Below, piece by piece: positions 35,855 through 36,018 of a stretch of 36,018 nt of DNA. The position numbers were made by a program, and so were the translations under genes. The notes below the pieces were generated by a model, which worked only from the letters and a program-made list of their open reading frames with translations, had not been told where the DNA came from and did no database searches. This DNA is from an uncultured Rhodobacterales bacterium (lineage in GTDB: Bacteria > Pseudomonadota > Alphaproteobacteria > Puniceispirillales > GCA-002684695). Each line of letters opens with the position of its first letter. The first letter of the stretch is position 1. The stretch lies in NCBI GenBank assembly GCA_964571065.1, contig CAZNBI010000003.1, forward strand, positions 4,707 to 40,724, read 5' to 3'.

Positions 35855-36018
35855 ATGGATAAATTAAAGCGCCGAGGTATTCTTTTTGTTTTATCCTCAC
35901 CATCAGGAGCAGGAAAAACAAGTATTGCTAGATACATTTTAGATAAAGAAAAAAATATTAAACTAAGTGTTTCTTTAACAACAAGAAAAAAAAGAAAAAA
36001 CGAAAAAGCTGGTATTGA
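35855..36018 (+). CDS. gmk: Guanylate kinase. Only the N-terminal 54 codons are present; the gene continues past the right window edge.
   Basis: Hand translation from ATG 35855 gives MDKLKRRGILFVLSSPSGAGKTSIARYILDKEKNIKLSVSLTTRKKRKNEKAGI.. It contains the P-loop SSPSGAGKT and the S.TTR..R..E..G motif. Confidence 0.85.
   Translation, partial: MDKLKRRGILFVLSSPSGAGKTSIARYILDKEKNIKLSVSLTTRKKRKNEKAGI

Noticed and set aside
35746-35937. A 63-aa minus-strand ORF bridges the mltG-gmk junction.
   Set aside because: It is antisense to two confidently identified genes. The gmk P-loop region accounts for its only non-random-looking stretch.
1-36018. I looked for mobile elements, prophage, a CRISPR array, toxin-antitoxin or defence islands, and tRNA or rRNA genes.
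   Set aside because: I found no transposase, integrase or recombinase-like ORFs, no terminal inverted or long direct repeats, and no spacer-repeat periodicity. There are no GC-rich islands of tRNA or rRNA size. Gene content and synteny are core housekeeping throughout.

Overview
By eye this window is very AT-rich (not computed) and extremely gene-dense, and it reads as alphaproteobacterial chromosome. The tiny spacers, TAATG start/stop overlaps and conserved alphaproteobacterial synteny blocks suggest a streamlined SAR11/Pelagibacterales-like genome; that assignment is inference. Left to right: a truncated metC; aapJ (general amino-acid ABC binding protein) with a strong terminator; a tightly packed five-gene beta-oxidation cluster (HSDL2-like SDR, fadD, thiolase, FadN-type dehydrogenase/hydratase, large acyl-CoA dehydrogenase); aapQ-aapM-aapP; a 3-mercaptopyruvate sulfurtransferase; an orphan secreted protein; an enolase-superfamily enzyme; a standalone GAF protein coupled to a small alpha+beta protein; cspA; a second similar small protein; a small membrane protein; an Ldh_2-family oxidoreductase; a DUF3126/DUF2794 pair; yfgM-like-bamB-der; an SDR; cvpA; mlaF-mlaE; alr; dnaB; rplI-rpsR-rpsF; fabD-fabG-acpP-fabF-mltG; and the start of gmk. 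I see no rRNA, tRNA, CRISPR array, transposase, integrase, phage gene or recognisable defence system, so this is mostly ordinary core genome. The most notable finding is a decayed relic of purF (amidophosphoribosyltransferase) sitting where the intact gene should be, between cvpA and the SDR gene. Lesser observations are: the beta-oxidation cluster splitting aapJ from aapQMP; a GAF / small-protein / cspA neighbourhood with two likely paralogous orphans; an SD-sequestering structured leader upstream of rpsF; mlaE-mlaF coupled to cvpA with no MCE gene; and convergent genes sharing palindromic TTAA double stops. All homology calls come from motif recognition by eye, and no searches were run.
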